Shown here: in pieces, positions 12,249-23,752 of the stretch
Numbering within the stretch: the first letter of the stretch is position 1
How the letters are laid out: each line of letters starts with the position of its first letter
Assembly (NCBI RefSeq): GCF_009914755.1
Contig: NC_060925.1
From: the human T2T-CHM13v2.0 reference genome, Homo sapiens
DNA length: 64,000 nt
Direction: 5' to 3' (one strand)
Notes under the pieces: model-generated
What the model saw: the letters and a program-made list of their open reading frames with translations, nothing else
What the model was told of the DNA's origin: nothing
Database searches by the model: none
Program-made: the position numbers and the translations under genes

Positions 12249-14329
12249 TCTTCCTCCCTGTGAGTTTGAACACCAGCCAACTCAGAGAATGAGAGCAGAC
12301 TGGGGCTAGGCAAGGAGATGGCCACAACTGTGTTTGGGAATGTCGCTGAGTTTTCACAAAGGGAAGCTGGAGTGTGAGTGATGGGATGCACACACCCCAC
12401 CCGAGAGGCTGGCAGGAAGAAGAGGGGGAGGGGCCAAGATGTAAAGAAGAAAGGAAAAATCAAGTGTGCCCCTTCAGAGTGCATCATCCCTGGCTACAAT
12501 CCTGAGAATACATTTTCTGATTCTTCTTGCCAAACTTCAACTCCTGGATCACCGCATATTTTGGCAAAGCTTCTCTACCTTTTCCTGCTCATTGACCAAT
12601 CAATTGATTGATAGAGAGGTCTTGAATGCTGAGACAAGCTCCTCCTTGTCTGATACTGAGAGCCTGCTGGGATTTTAAAAACAGACCCCTGAGGATGAAG
12701 AGTTCTTTAAACATAAAATGATTCCAGCTGAGGCAGCCGCCTCTCCACCCTCACCCTTCCTATCTTTGGTAAAGCTCAGGCAGAAACATGTAGCTGTAAG
12801 TCCCAGAAAGAATCTGCACATGCAACTCTGATGATTGATAGCAATTCTCATTTCCAGCCTCAGGAGAATGAACAGCCAGTGGCCCTACAACCATATGCTC
12901 CAAACCAGGGTGAACACAATGCTCAAAGATTGAGATTATAATCACCCTGTCCTGACTGGGCCACTAAAGTCACGTTAGACAGTGCTATACTACATGATGC
13001 AGTGTTTGTAAAGAAAAGTCAAAAAAAAAAAAAATTAAGTGTGGCTGATGTTATTCTTTCTTGGAAGAAATAAACTCAGACCTGAAGAGAGGAGTTGGGG
13101 GAAAAAAGCATACAATTAGGAAGTTAAGAAGGAGGATAGCATCAGTAAGATAATGCATGTGAACATACTTTATGAGGTGCATAGGAATTCTGTACATGTA
13201 ACTGGACATTGTTATCATTATTGCTGATAACTCCACCTTACAGGAGGGGAAACAGGGCTTTGAACAGTAAAGAGATACAGAGAGGTAAAGGGAGGAACTT
13301 ACCTGAGCCCAAGATTTGGGCTCTGAAGTCCATCATCAGCCAAATGCAAGGCATGCCACAATTGTGTCAATAATTATTAGCAGCTTCAAGACAAGGAACA
13401 ACTGAGCGGTAGAAGCTACATGCAGGGTGCAAGAGCACAACAGCTCTGGGGACTTCCACTTGACTGTTTGCCACAGGAATGGTGAGTGCCTGAGTAATGG
13501 ATTTGTGTGGGTTTGTTGGTAAAAGATGCAGGTAAGGAGGGTACAGCAAGTTTACTGGGCTGGTGGAACTGCAAATGCAGGGCGAGCCAGAGTAGGAAGA
13601 CACTGGTCATAGAAGGTGGGGGTCAGAAAGGCTCTGTGGGTGGCATGTCCACTCGATGAAGTTGTCTTGGCATCGGCCCACCTCCCCACTCTCCACCAGG
13701 GCTCACTACCAGGAGCGCCAGCTTCCAGAAGACATCTCTGCCAAATCCCCCCCTTGGGAAGGGGAATTCCAGGGCTGTGCAGGAATCTGGGAGACTGTTC
13801 AGGGGTCACAGAGTATTCCAATATCACTCACTGGGTCTTCCCTCATTTGACACTCCCTCTCTCCTTGGGCAAATGTATGTTAGTGTCAGAGACAAATTTA
13901 TCCTGGGTTGTCACTGTGCCATATAAATTGTGCAAAGCACCTGACTGTCAGGAAAACCCAAGTCCGTCTTTACTCTACCAGCCCTCTCTGGGCTTCAGAT
14001 TCCTGGAATCCCCTGCTCTGTCAGTGCTGGCCACAGGCAGGTCTGATCCTTCTGCTGAGTGTACTCCAGCCTCAACTCCTACAGCTCCACACAGCACCTA
14101 AAATGCCTGCTGCTAAAATAGCAGAGCAAGGAAGGTGGGGATCTGATGTCATTTGGGGCAAAAAGAATCAAGCTTCTTTCATTTTGCTGGGTCACATAAA
14201 TGAAGAAATAAAGTGGAGTTCTTACCCAGGGGACTCTATGGTTGAGCATCAGGGAAGTCTATGGACACCCAGAAATTATATGGCTTTAAGTGTTTTTATG
14301 TGAACTTTTGAGAATAACTATAGTTGTAA

Positions 14330-14560
14330 CAGCTAATACTGTGTGCTAGTTGCTATTCTAAGAGCTTAACACATATCAGCTAATTTAATCCTTGGATAGG
14401 AGATATAAATTGTTTTTAACCTCTATTTAAAAATGAGGGAATGGAGGTACCAAGAGATTTATTAACTTGGCCAAGGAAGGTCACAAAGCTAATAAGTGGC
14501 AGAGCCAGAATTCAAACTCAGGCCACTTGACTCCAGAGCTCCTGCTCATAACCACCTTGA
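14330..14560 (-). mobile_element. MIR SINE
   Basis: ggtcacaaagctaataagtggcagagccagaattcaaactcagg...tgactccagagc. Confidence 0.8.
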
Positions 14561-17500
14561 CGTCCTGTCCCAGTTTACTTCATATTCTCACAGAGGTCCA
14601 TGACCTCACAAACTCAAACTGTCATGAAGACATCTTGCTATCAACATCTAGCGTATGGCTATGACTTACTCATCTTTGTACACTGAAAATCAAGAGCTGT
14701 GTCTGGGACGTGCTCCCGTAGCTCAGCAGCTACTCCAGGAAAAAATGAAGTTTCCAGAATCTAAGCTCCCTCTTGGACAGCTTTCCTCTTTCTTTTGGAG
14801 TAACCTCTTTCTCACATTCTCTTACTACTTGGCACTGAGTACCTGCTGCCAAGTTCCTAATCAAACACTGGATTTTTGCTGCCACAAGTTTTTTTTTCCT
14901 TCCTGCCTGCTGCATTCTCTCTTCTCTCTTCCCCATCCTCCCTCTTCACCTGCAGTCTTTCTGAACCTCACTTGCTCCATAAACCCCGGGGACAGCCCAC
15001 AACCACCTTCTTCTGGCCTACCTCCTAGTTTGAGTGGCAGTTGTATAGGAGATGGCAGGACTGAAATTCAGCACACCCTCTGCTCCAGGGGACTGCAAGG
15101 CCTCAGACACAGCACAACAAAAGCCTGCTTCTCACCCAGAGAAAACTCACCTGCTAGGAAGCCACTCAAAGAGGCTGACAGAGTGGAACTGGAGCATTAA
15201 CCCTGCACCCAGTGCTGCTGAGGTCCCAGAAGGCTGAGAGAAGGTACAGGGCAGGACCCCGCAAGGGCCATGGGCTGAGGTTCAGACTTATTATACAACA
15301 CCCTGAGGGAACCTCAGCCCAGGAGGGCACCAGGAAAGAGCTACTCTGCATCAAAGAAGGTAGGCTTCTCTCTGTTCATGGGGGCACTTTCTGGAATTTT
15401 GGAGGAGTCCAAAATTTAAAGTTAAACTTCTACCACCAGCTGTATATCGCCTGTGAGCATTCAATACATTTTCCCTCATCAATGAGTTCCAGAATAGAAT
15501 TAGGAGCCTTTTCACTTTGGATTGCAAACTTACAAAACCTGTCCAATGAAGGCTGAAGTCTGTTATCCTTTGCAGGGGCTCCTGTGGTTGTGAGAAATAA
15601 GCGGGTGGAGACTTCATCCAGTGGGAAGAGGCCTCGTCCCCAATAACTGCCTCTGCGGTCAGCAAGCACAGGCCTCAAGTTTGTTTCCTGCTCCAGATGA
15701 CCTTGGAAGAAGCACCAGAGTGCCCAGCTCAGCACCCTCTTTACAATAACGCCCAGAGTTAGGCATTTCCAGGACTGAAATTCATTGTATTAATTTTCCC
15801 TACCACAAGGGAACTTGAGAGAAGATCCAAGAGAGAAACTGGCATTAATTCCATCTACAATGCCATCTGCCCTTGAGAGAGAAGGCTGGTGCTGATGCTT
15901 GGCTCTGTGCTCTCTGTCTGGGAAGCTCAGCTTCCTTATGCCTCTGTTTCCCCTTCAGTTAAATGGGGCTGATGCTGCCTGTCCAGGACAACATTATTCA
16001 TTTGAGTATATCTAGGACTGCAGAAATGGCATAGGGCAAATTTATCCTGCTATTAGTGACTCGATAATAATAAAAATAATTTGTATTATTAGTTCCAACA
16101 AATGACCACCATTTGGGCTTATATGGCAGTGTCTCTCCACATCAATAAACATATCAACTGCCCCAAAGATTCTCAAGTGGGGATTTTTGGGGGAGGGCTT
16201 GAGAGAGTCGTTTACATGACCCTTTTCCATCTCGTGGTCCCCCTCTCCCTGGGGCGGGCAAGTGCTCGTTTTACTGCCTGGCAACCAGACTGGGACTAAG
16301 CTTGCTAAAATATGAGTGTTTTTTTGGCTGGAGTACCAGAGAGCCTGCAGCCCTACGGAGAGAGAAAAATTGAACACACCAGGCCGTGGCTCCAGAAAGG
16401 GGAAGAATTAGGCTTCACACCGAGCAGGCTGAACCATGGCATTCTTTAGATAATGCTTAACAAACCCCCAAACAAAGGCAGCCAACTTAGCTGCATGTTC
16501 GTAAAATGTATTCTCAGCAGATTCGGGCTTATTGAAGCACTGACTTGCTTTGCAGCCAGGGTCCCCATCCTAAGCTTCCCGTTTTTCCGTGCTGCTCCCC
16601 TTGTCTAAATTCCTACAGATTCTGCCAATCAGAATTCCTCACCTCGGACTCAGGGAGGCTTAGCAACCAAGGTAAATGGTGGTGCTTTTAAATTTGATCC
16701 TAACCCTTAAAAACAACTGTCTCCCACCCCAAAGCACCCCACCCTGATGAGCCATCATCTGAAGCCAGCCTCTTCAGTGGGCTGAGGGCTGACTTCTTAA
16801 AGATGAAGGGGAGCATTCAGGGATTCACCTCTATGTCTCACCATTGTGACACTTCTCATATTTATTCAATGCTGCATTAGACTGTTTATTTCTACAGTCC
16901 CAAAAATTCAACTTGAGGAATTTTCTTTGGCTTTGCGACCATCACTGTTATTTTTTAAACAATAGTTATCATTAGTGCTATTAGTATTCATGCACCCATA
17001 CAGAAAGCCAGCTTGATAAACTAGTAGGCATGCATTTGTGGTTTAGTCTGCTTTTCTATTGCATAGGGTATAAGACTAGGTAGAACTGGCAAAAGTTATG
17101 GAAGCAGACTTATATATCTGGGGCCAAACACAAACAGTACTGAACTTTATTATTACTCAATGCAGCTTCCACTCTTTTTTACCACCCCACCCCCACCGCA
17201 TGGTATCCCAGTGAGCCCTTACTCAAATTCCCCAGGATCTGTGCATTGGATAGGGCCTTCGTAACAGTCAATGGGGGGCAGAAACTTAAGGTCTAGAGAC
17301 CAGATTATGATCCTGATGGATATGCTACTTACAAATTTATTGAGATCAATTCATTTTCTGCAGAAGGTGGCACCATCCCACCCCAGAACATGGAGAAGTA
17401 GTCTGGTGGCTGGAGTCCTACTGACACTCCTTGCTAACTCTGTGACCTCAAGCAAGATTCTGTGTTAGGAACCTTCTTCCCCATAAAATGAGAATAACAA

Positions 17501-18089
17501 TTCCTCTCATTCAGGACTGAATAGGAAAAGGAGTAGAAGGCACTTTTAGTACCTCTGAGAAAAAAAAAGAAAAAGCAGAAATGCAAGACACTAAGCTTTC
17601 TGAAAAATTTCCAGGACTACTTAGTTCTTGAATTTCCTACATGTGGCCACCTTAAATCCTGGTCTCCCACTGAAAGGTGTCAGCTGAGCTGGCATACCCA
17701 GCTCTAAAGCACAGACCAGGGCTTCCATCAGGATTAGGAGCAAAGTCTACTTGGACCTGTGACCTAAATGTTCTTCAGTTCAGGTCTGGTAGATTTAAGT
17801 GGTGATCGCTGCAAACGTGGAGTCCAGGAAACACATTGAGCATGGAGTTTAGCAATCAAGTCCAGCTCAAACCCAGGAGACTGAAGAGACTCCAGGATTT
17901 CTAGAGGTGAAGATAAGGGAACTTGCATTGGAGGAAAGGTTTCAGGCTGACCACAGGCAGAGAGGAAAGCAGGCTTTATGAATGATGGCTGCAACTGTAT
18001 GCAGGAGATCAATGTGTGCATTTATGTGTAAACAGCAACTGTTTGCTAAAGACTGCCCACTTAGCCAACTGTACACACAGGCAATATTT

Positions 18090-18100
18090 TGTGTGTGTGT

Positions 18101-18135
<35 letters not shown>
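18090..18135. repeat. (TG)n microsatellite
   Basis: Directly visible. Confidence 0.95.
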
Positions 18136-18137
<2 letters not shown>

Positions 18138-18632
18138 GCCACTGTCCTTTCAAAATGAAGCTATATTGCTTAGCATATTGATAAATGTTCAGAAAGTTAC
18201 CTGTCGACTGACCAGCAATTCTGCTGACTTTTAGATTATCCATATGATTTTTCCCCAGAGATGGCAATGAGTTTTCACTGATAAATCAATTTCTCACTTA
18301 GATCTCTTGTGATCAATGACCCCCAGGTGTGAAATGGCCAACTGTGGTTAGGAGCACAGATACCTCAGACAACAGGGAGAAGGAAATACATTGGCACATG
18401 CCAGCCCTCAGACCACAGCCTTGCCACTCTGCTTCCTGCTGGGCACTGACCCCTGGGCCCCAGATTTGTGTTTCTTCCTTCTCCACACTCTCTGCCCAGG
18501 TCATCCATTCAGCCTCATGGTTTTCAATACCACCTATAGCCTGATAAATCCCAAATCTCTATCACTAGCCACTCTTCTAAATTCCAAACTCATGCTATCC
18601 AATTGCCTCTTTGACATCACCACCTGAATATA

Positions 18633-18958
18633 CAGTCACCCCTCAACATTCTCAAGGGATTGGCTCCAGAAGCCCCTCGGATACCAAAACTCTCAGGTGC
18701 TCAAGTCTCTGATATAAAATGTAGTATGTGCATGTAACCTACGCACACCCTTCTGTATACTTTCATTCTTCTCTAGGTTACTTATAATACCTAACACAAC
18801 ATAAATGCTGTGTCAATCATTGTTATACTACATTGTTTTAAAATTTGTATTATTTTTATTGTATTGTTAGTTTCTAAAAATATTTTCAACCCATGATTGG
18901 TTGAATCTATGGATGCAGAACCTGTGGCTCTGGAACCCTCAGATATGGAGGCCGACTG
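18633..18958. mobile_element. MER2 (TcMar-Tigger) non-autonomous DNA transposon
   Basis: Termini ta|cagtc...gactg; ggataccaaaa...tgctcaagtc..tgatataaaat; ttggttgaatctatggatgcagaacc. Confidence 0.85.
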
Positions 18959-19424
18959 TGTAACACAAATATAAGCTTCACGTGGCCAGGCAGAACCCTT
19001 TGCTATGCCTCCATCCATGCTTCCACTCATTCACGTGGCAGTTAGTAGGGTCTCCATCTACCTAGGAGTCACCTTTGGTTCCTCTCTGTCCTTCACCCCA
19101 CTTCTAAGTCTTCAACCAGTCCTTCTAGGCCTCCAAATCATGTACGGAGTTCCTGTACTTCTCACTATCTCCACTGCTACCTCCATCCCTTGCCTTCCTA
19201 AACTGGCACAAGGCAGTCAGAGTAATCTTTTTAAAATGTAAATCATCAGTCCTCAGTGTAAAGCCTTCCAGTGGTTTCCTAATGGATTCAGAAGAAAAAC
19301 CCAAACCTCTACTCTGACTTATAAAACATATTCCAGTTTGATCCTCACCACTGTCTCCAACCCCAAGTCACACATACTCTTTCATTCAGCTCCAGCGCAC
19401 TGATTTCTTTCCATGCCTCAACTA

Positions 19425-19766
19425 TAGTCATATGATGAATAAAGACTTTGGTCAATGACAGGCTGTGTAGACAATGGTGGACCCATAAAATTATAATACC
19501 ATATTTTTACTGTACCTTTTCTATGTTTAGATATGCTTAGATACACAAATACCATGTTGTTACAACTGCCTACAGTGTTCAGTACAGTCACATACTGTAC
19601 AGGTTTGTAACATAGAAGCAATAGGTTCTACCACACAGCCTAAATGTGTAGTAGCAGGCTACACCATCTAGGTTTGAGTAAGTACAATCTGTGATGTTCA
19701 CATGACAGAATCTCCTAACAACAGATCTCTCAGAATGAATCCCAGTCATTAAGTAACACATGACTG
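19425..19766. mobile_element. Tigger3a-like (MER7) DNA transposon
   Basis: TA-flanked termini (ta|tagtcat...atgactg|ta); ataccatatttttactgtaccttttctatgtttagat; tacaccatctaggtttg. Confidence 0.85.
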
Positions 19767-20419
19767 TATGTCAAGCTCATTTTCAACATAAAGCTTTTTA
19801 CTGGTCAAATGTCCTGCCTGGAACCTCCTCCTCCTCTTCTTTTTCCTCCTCTTCCTCTTTCTCTTCTTTGTCCTCACACTCATCTTCATCTCCCACGTGA
19901 ATGGCTCCTGACATTCAGCTCTTAGCTCAAAAGGGTCTTCCTTGACCACACATCTTAATGTAGCCATCTGGTCACTTTACCACATACCCTGCATAGCATT
20001 GCTTTTTTCATTTGCTTGTTTATTCCTGCTTGTTTTCTCCAACTCGAATGTAATTTCATGAGTAGAGAAACCATGTCTGAATGGCTAAAACGCAGCCTGG
20101 CACGTAGCAGGTTCTTAAAACATTTTTCAAATGTATGGTCTTCTAACCAATAAAATACACACAAACACAAACATTCAGTTTTTAACACATCAGGCGGGTT
20201 GTCCTCATTACTCTCATTGTCCACAATATGCCATGTATCACAAGCCTATGCTTACTTTATCTCTAATGCCCCTTTGTTGCTGGGAGGCAGAAGAAAGAAA
20301 TTGCTGAATACTCATGGCCTGGACTGGCAGGAGGTAAAGATACAAACTCATTCCCCCTCACCCCAACCTTCATCATTACAGTCTATCTCTATGGTCCACT
20401 CTGAATCAGGTATTTAAGA

Positions 20420-20640
20420 AACAGTGTTGAGGTCAAAAGACATAAATGTCCAGGGCTCGGCCCCTAATTGCACAGGCGATGCCAAACAAGCCACATCTCC
20501 TCTCTCACCTGTACTCTTTCTCATCTGCGAGATGACTGTAATATCAGCCTTGCCCACCTGACAGGGCTGTCTTGAGGAACAAGTAAGTATATGAAAGCAC
20601 TTTGCACATTGTAAAGCGTGAGCTGTAAATGTATGGATTA
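20420..20640 (+). mobile_element. MIR SINE
   Basis: ctttctcatctgcgagatgactgtaata...acagggctgtcttgagga...tatgaaagcactttgcacattgtaaagc. Confidence 0.7.
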
Positions 20641-21879
20641 TTAACGGTATTGAGATAGGTGGAATTTTCCAAAACTGCAAAATCTACCTAATTATTGATT
20701 TCATTTGATACTATCTGATTACCTTGGCTCCATGCGTGTTTGAGGTTAGAATAGGAGCTGACGAAGGACTGCTAAAGAAGAATTTCAAAGAACACATCCT
20801 AACAACAAACACTGAACGCTCATTCTGGGAGTCAAAGCTAATATTAAGAGTGAATGAGCAGGCAGGCTGTGGAGGTCAGAGTTAATTACAGCTAGCGGCA
20901 TTTTACACGGTGCCTACCCAGACCCCCTCCGCTGGGAACAACCACAGTCTAAATCTGAGCCAGCTGATATTAGCGAGCAGTGATTAGAATATGCCCACAG
21001 GGCCTTTTAAACTTTCCTCCTCTAGTTAAAGCATTTGTTTTCAGCAAGATTTATAGGCTTGTCTGCTGAGCGCAAGCAGGTTTGCCAACACGGAAGTCCT
21101 TCAGCTTACAAAGCGTTGGCCACCCAGCACCCGCCGTAGCACCCTCATGGGAAGAAAAGCAGCCTCCATCTGGGTGTTCTTTCCCACCAGGAAGAGCACA
21201 TGGAGAGATGGGAGGAGATTTTCGGGTTTCTGACCAGCCTGCAATAGCCGCCAGAACCAAGAGCCACAGCCAGAGGAAAATCACGTATGGTTGTTGCCTT
21301 TAGGAGAGCAAGAGTGCTTCAGTCTCTCTATCTGTGAAATGGGTTGACCTTGCCTGGCTATGCCAGATGGGAAGTGATTGGTGTTTGGAAGAATGTCAAT
21401 TTATACCTTAGCCACATATCCACAGTGCTGTTCTTAAAAAGATTACATGTTTAGTTTCCCTGGTTTTAAATATTAATCTGCAAAAGGCATAAGGATCTCC
21501 CAGCCTGGAGGCAAGGATCCAGTGAAGAAAATAAAATAATCCTCACCTCTGCTTCATAGTTTTGGCCCATAGCACACCCAGAAGGAAATCCTTAGGTGGA
21601 GAGAGTTCTGGAGGAATTCTAGACTCCACTTCCCCATCCATGCAGCTTAAGTGTGGGCCCTGTAGGATGAGTTTCAGCTATAAAATGAGACCCATTCAGA
21701 CTGTGTTTGAAAATCCTTCCAGTTCTAAACACAATGATGCTATATGTCTTATTGTTCCTTCCCATGATACCCACAAAATCAGAGCCCATTCTGCAAAGAA
21801 ATCAGTGACAGCTCAGAGATGCTGCACACCTTTTCTGTTCTAAGAGCTGTTCTGTGTCTCTGCGTTGTCTGGCAGTAAA

Positions 21880-22180
21880 GTCCTCTTGTACAGAAAACAA
21901 GAGAAGCCTTCAATCTCCAAGGTGAACACATGCTTATGGGCTTCCTCGGGAAGATTATGAAAGAGCCTGAGGACCAGCTGTTCACCATCTCCACTGAGGA
22001 ACAAACCAAAAGGAATGGGCTCAGCCTGATGGACTAGGGCTTAGGCTAGAAGTAGGGAAGCATTCTTAGCCAGGATGGGTTATTAAACACAGCAACGGGT
22101 TACTAAGGAAAGCGTGTAAGCTTCTTTTCCAAATGCCTTTATTAGCCCAATGGACCCTTGTCTATCTGTGGTGGCTCAGT
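21880..22180 (+). mobile_element. CR1/L3 LINE 3' fragment
   Basis: aaaggaatgggctcagcctg...cttaggctagaagtagggaagcattctt...ttattaaacacagcaacgggttactaaggaaag resembles the CR1 ORF2 end. Confidence 0.65.
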
Positions 22181-22389
22181 TGTCTGGGTATGGATTTAGG
22201 GAGGAAGGACGGGGGCTATGAGACATCTTTCTTTTGCCAGCCATGTGACACTGCTCCCTGGTGTTGATCAGAGATATAGACTAGTTAATTAGGAAAATTA
22301 TAGCTCCTCATTTTGGCCAGTAAAGAAAAGACAGTCCAAGGCTTATCGAGACTCATAGGCTAAAATCCAAGGGGAGGCAAGACCCCTGA

Positions 22390-22640
22390 GTGGTTGCTGT
22401 ACAGGGGGAAGTGGAATTGGCATGAGGGCCCCTGTCTAGAGTCCAGGGGCCTGGGTTGACTCTTATTTCCACTGCTTTCACAATCTCTGTGTGAATGAAC
22501 AACCTGCTACTTAAAACCCCTGAATCTTAATTTCCTCCTCTGTAAAATAGTCTCAATAATTCCAGTCTTGCAGGCTTCTTGTGTCTGATAATTTATGTAA
22601 AGGCACAGAGTATGTCGGCACTCAATAAATGTCAGCTTCC
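22390..22640 (+). mobile_element. MIR SINE
   Basis: ctgaatcttaatttcctcctctgtaaaatag...ggcactcaataaatgtcagct. Confidence 0.7.
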
Positions 22641-22959
22641 TTGTTTACTTCCTGGTAGACTCTGGATCTGTGCAGGAAGTGCCCTGATAGACTGCAGAAA
22701 TCCCACCTGAAAGACAGCAGCCAGGGAAGAGCCAGGGTGGGTCTGACATGCCAGTTTGTTGGATGGACCATATATCAGCCTAAATTACTCCAATTCTGAC
22801 AATACCTGGACAACAAAAGACCACAGGTTTCAGAACCAGAATCTGAGGTTCTGGTACTTGGTTTTGCCTTGGGAAAGTTACTTTAGTGCTCTGTGCCTCA
22901 GTTTCCCCTGATTTGGTAAAAATAAAATGAGAGTACCCAGAGTAGAAGGGAGAGAGCCC

Positions 22960-23160
22960 ACCAAGTACCAGACACCAGACTCTGCATATTCCATTTTTGT
23001 AAATTAATCCTCACAAGAATCCTGCAGGGTTATTGCTATTAAGTGATTTTACAGATGAAGAAACTGAGGTTCAAAAAAGTAAATTACCCGAAATCATATA
23101 GATTATGTTTGACCAGGATTCAAACCCAGCCTACTTGGCTCTGAAAACAAGCCCCTTTCC
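22960..23160 (-). mobile_element. MIR SINE
   Basis: aatcctcacaagaatcctg...attttacagatgaagaaactgaggttca...ccaggattcaaacccag. Confidence 0.8.
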
Positions 23161-23721
23161 AATCTTAAAGACCTCACAGAGGTGTTCTGAGCATTTACAA
23201 GACTGTATCTGGAAATAATTAGAAAAAAGTAAATGATAATATTACCCTATAAGTGAAGTTTGGTGCTGAAAGAGAACAATTCTTGAGTACCACAGAGTCC
23301 AAGGTGAATCCAGATTAATTCATCCATCTCTCTGCCCCCTCTCACCGCCTAGTCAGATTAAAATGCAGGGGGTAAATACAATGGGAATTAATATTAATAA
23401 TATGTTAATAGAAAGAATAAATCAAAACAGTCCCCTATTATGCTTGATAATAGGAAACATGGGAGCTTCAAAGCAAACTACCTAATTATCTGCACTGCCT
23501 TCTACCCCATTGGCTAGCCAGTTGCCCCAAGTAGCACAGAGTGGGCTTCCTTCCATAAAATCCACCTGATCCGGTCCAATCATCATATTCTGAAGATGGT
23601 TCGGGGGCAGAATATGACCAGTGACTTTAGAAATTCTCTTCACATGTGAGATAGTCCATTTCTCTAAAGGACTAAAAAAACTGAACTCTCTCTCCCTCTA
23701 TTCCTGATAGGTAAATTGGAG

Positions 23722-23752
23722 CTCGGACTACACCTCTCGGACTACACCTCTC
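23722..23752. repeat. Perfect 14-bp tandem duplication (ctcggactacacct)x2 + ctc
   Basis: Directly visible. Confidence 0.9.

Larger units (their letters stand above)
18500..20135 (+). mobile_element. Fragmented L2 LINE interrupted by MER2 and Tigger3
   Basis: aaatcccaaatctctatcactagcc...atccaattgcctctttgacatcaccacctg; aaagccttccagtggtttcc; 3' end cctggcacgtagcaggttcttaaaacattt. Confidence 0.65.

Noticed and set aside
11990-12487. 165-aa ORF with an HT repeat (also 17942-18267)
   Set aside because: The open frame is caused by a (CA)n microsatellite.
13616-15556. Longest non-repeat ORFs (161, 131, 181 and 114 aa); similarly 5201-5656, 32534-32929, 45666-46094, 63430-63816
   Set aside because: No recognisable domain or consistent splice structure, several have non-ATG starts, and the lengths are compatible with chance.
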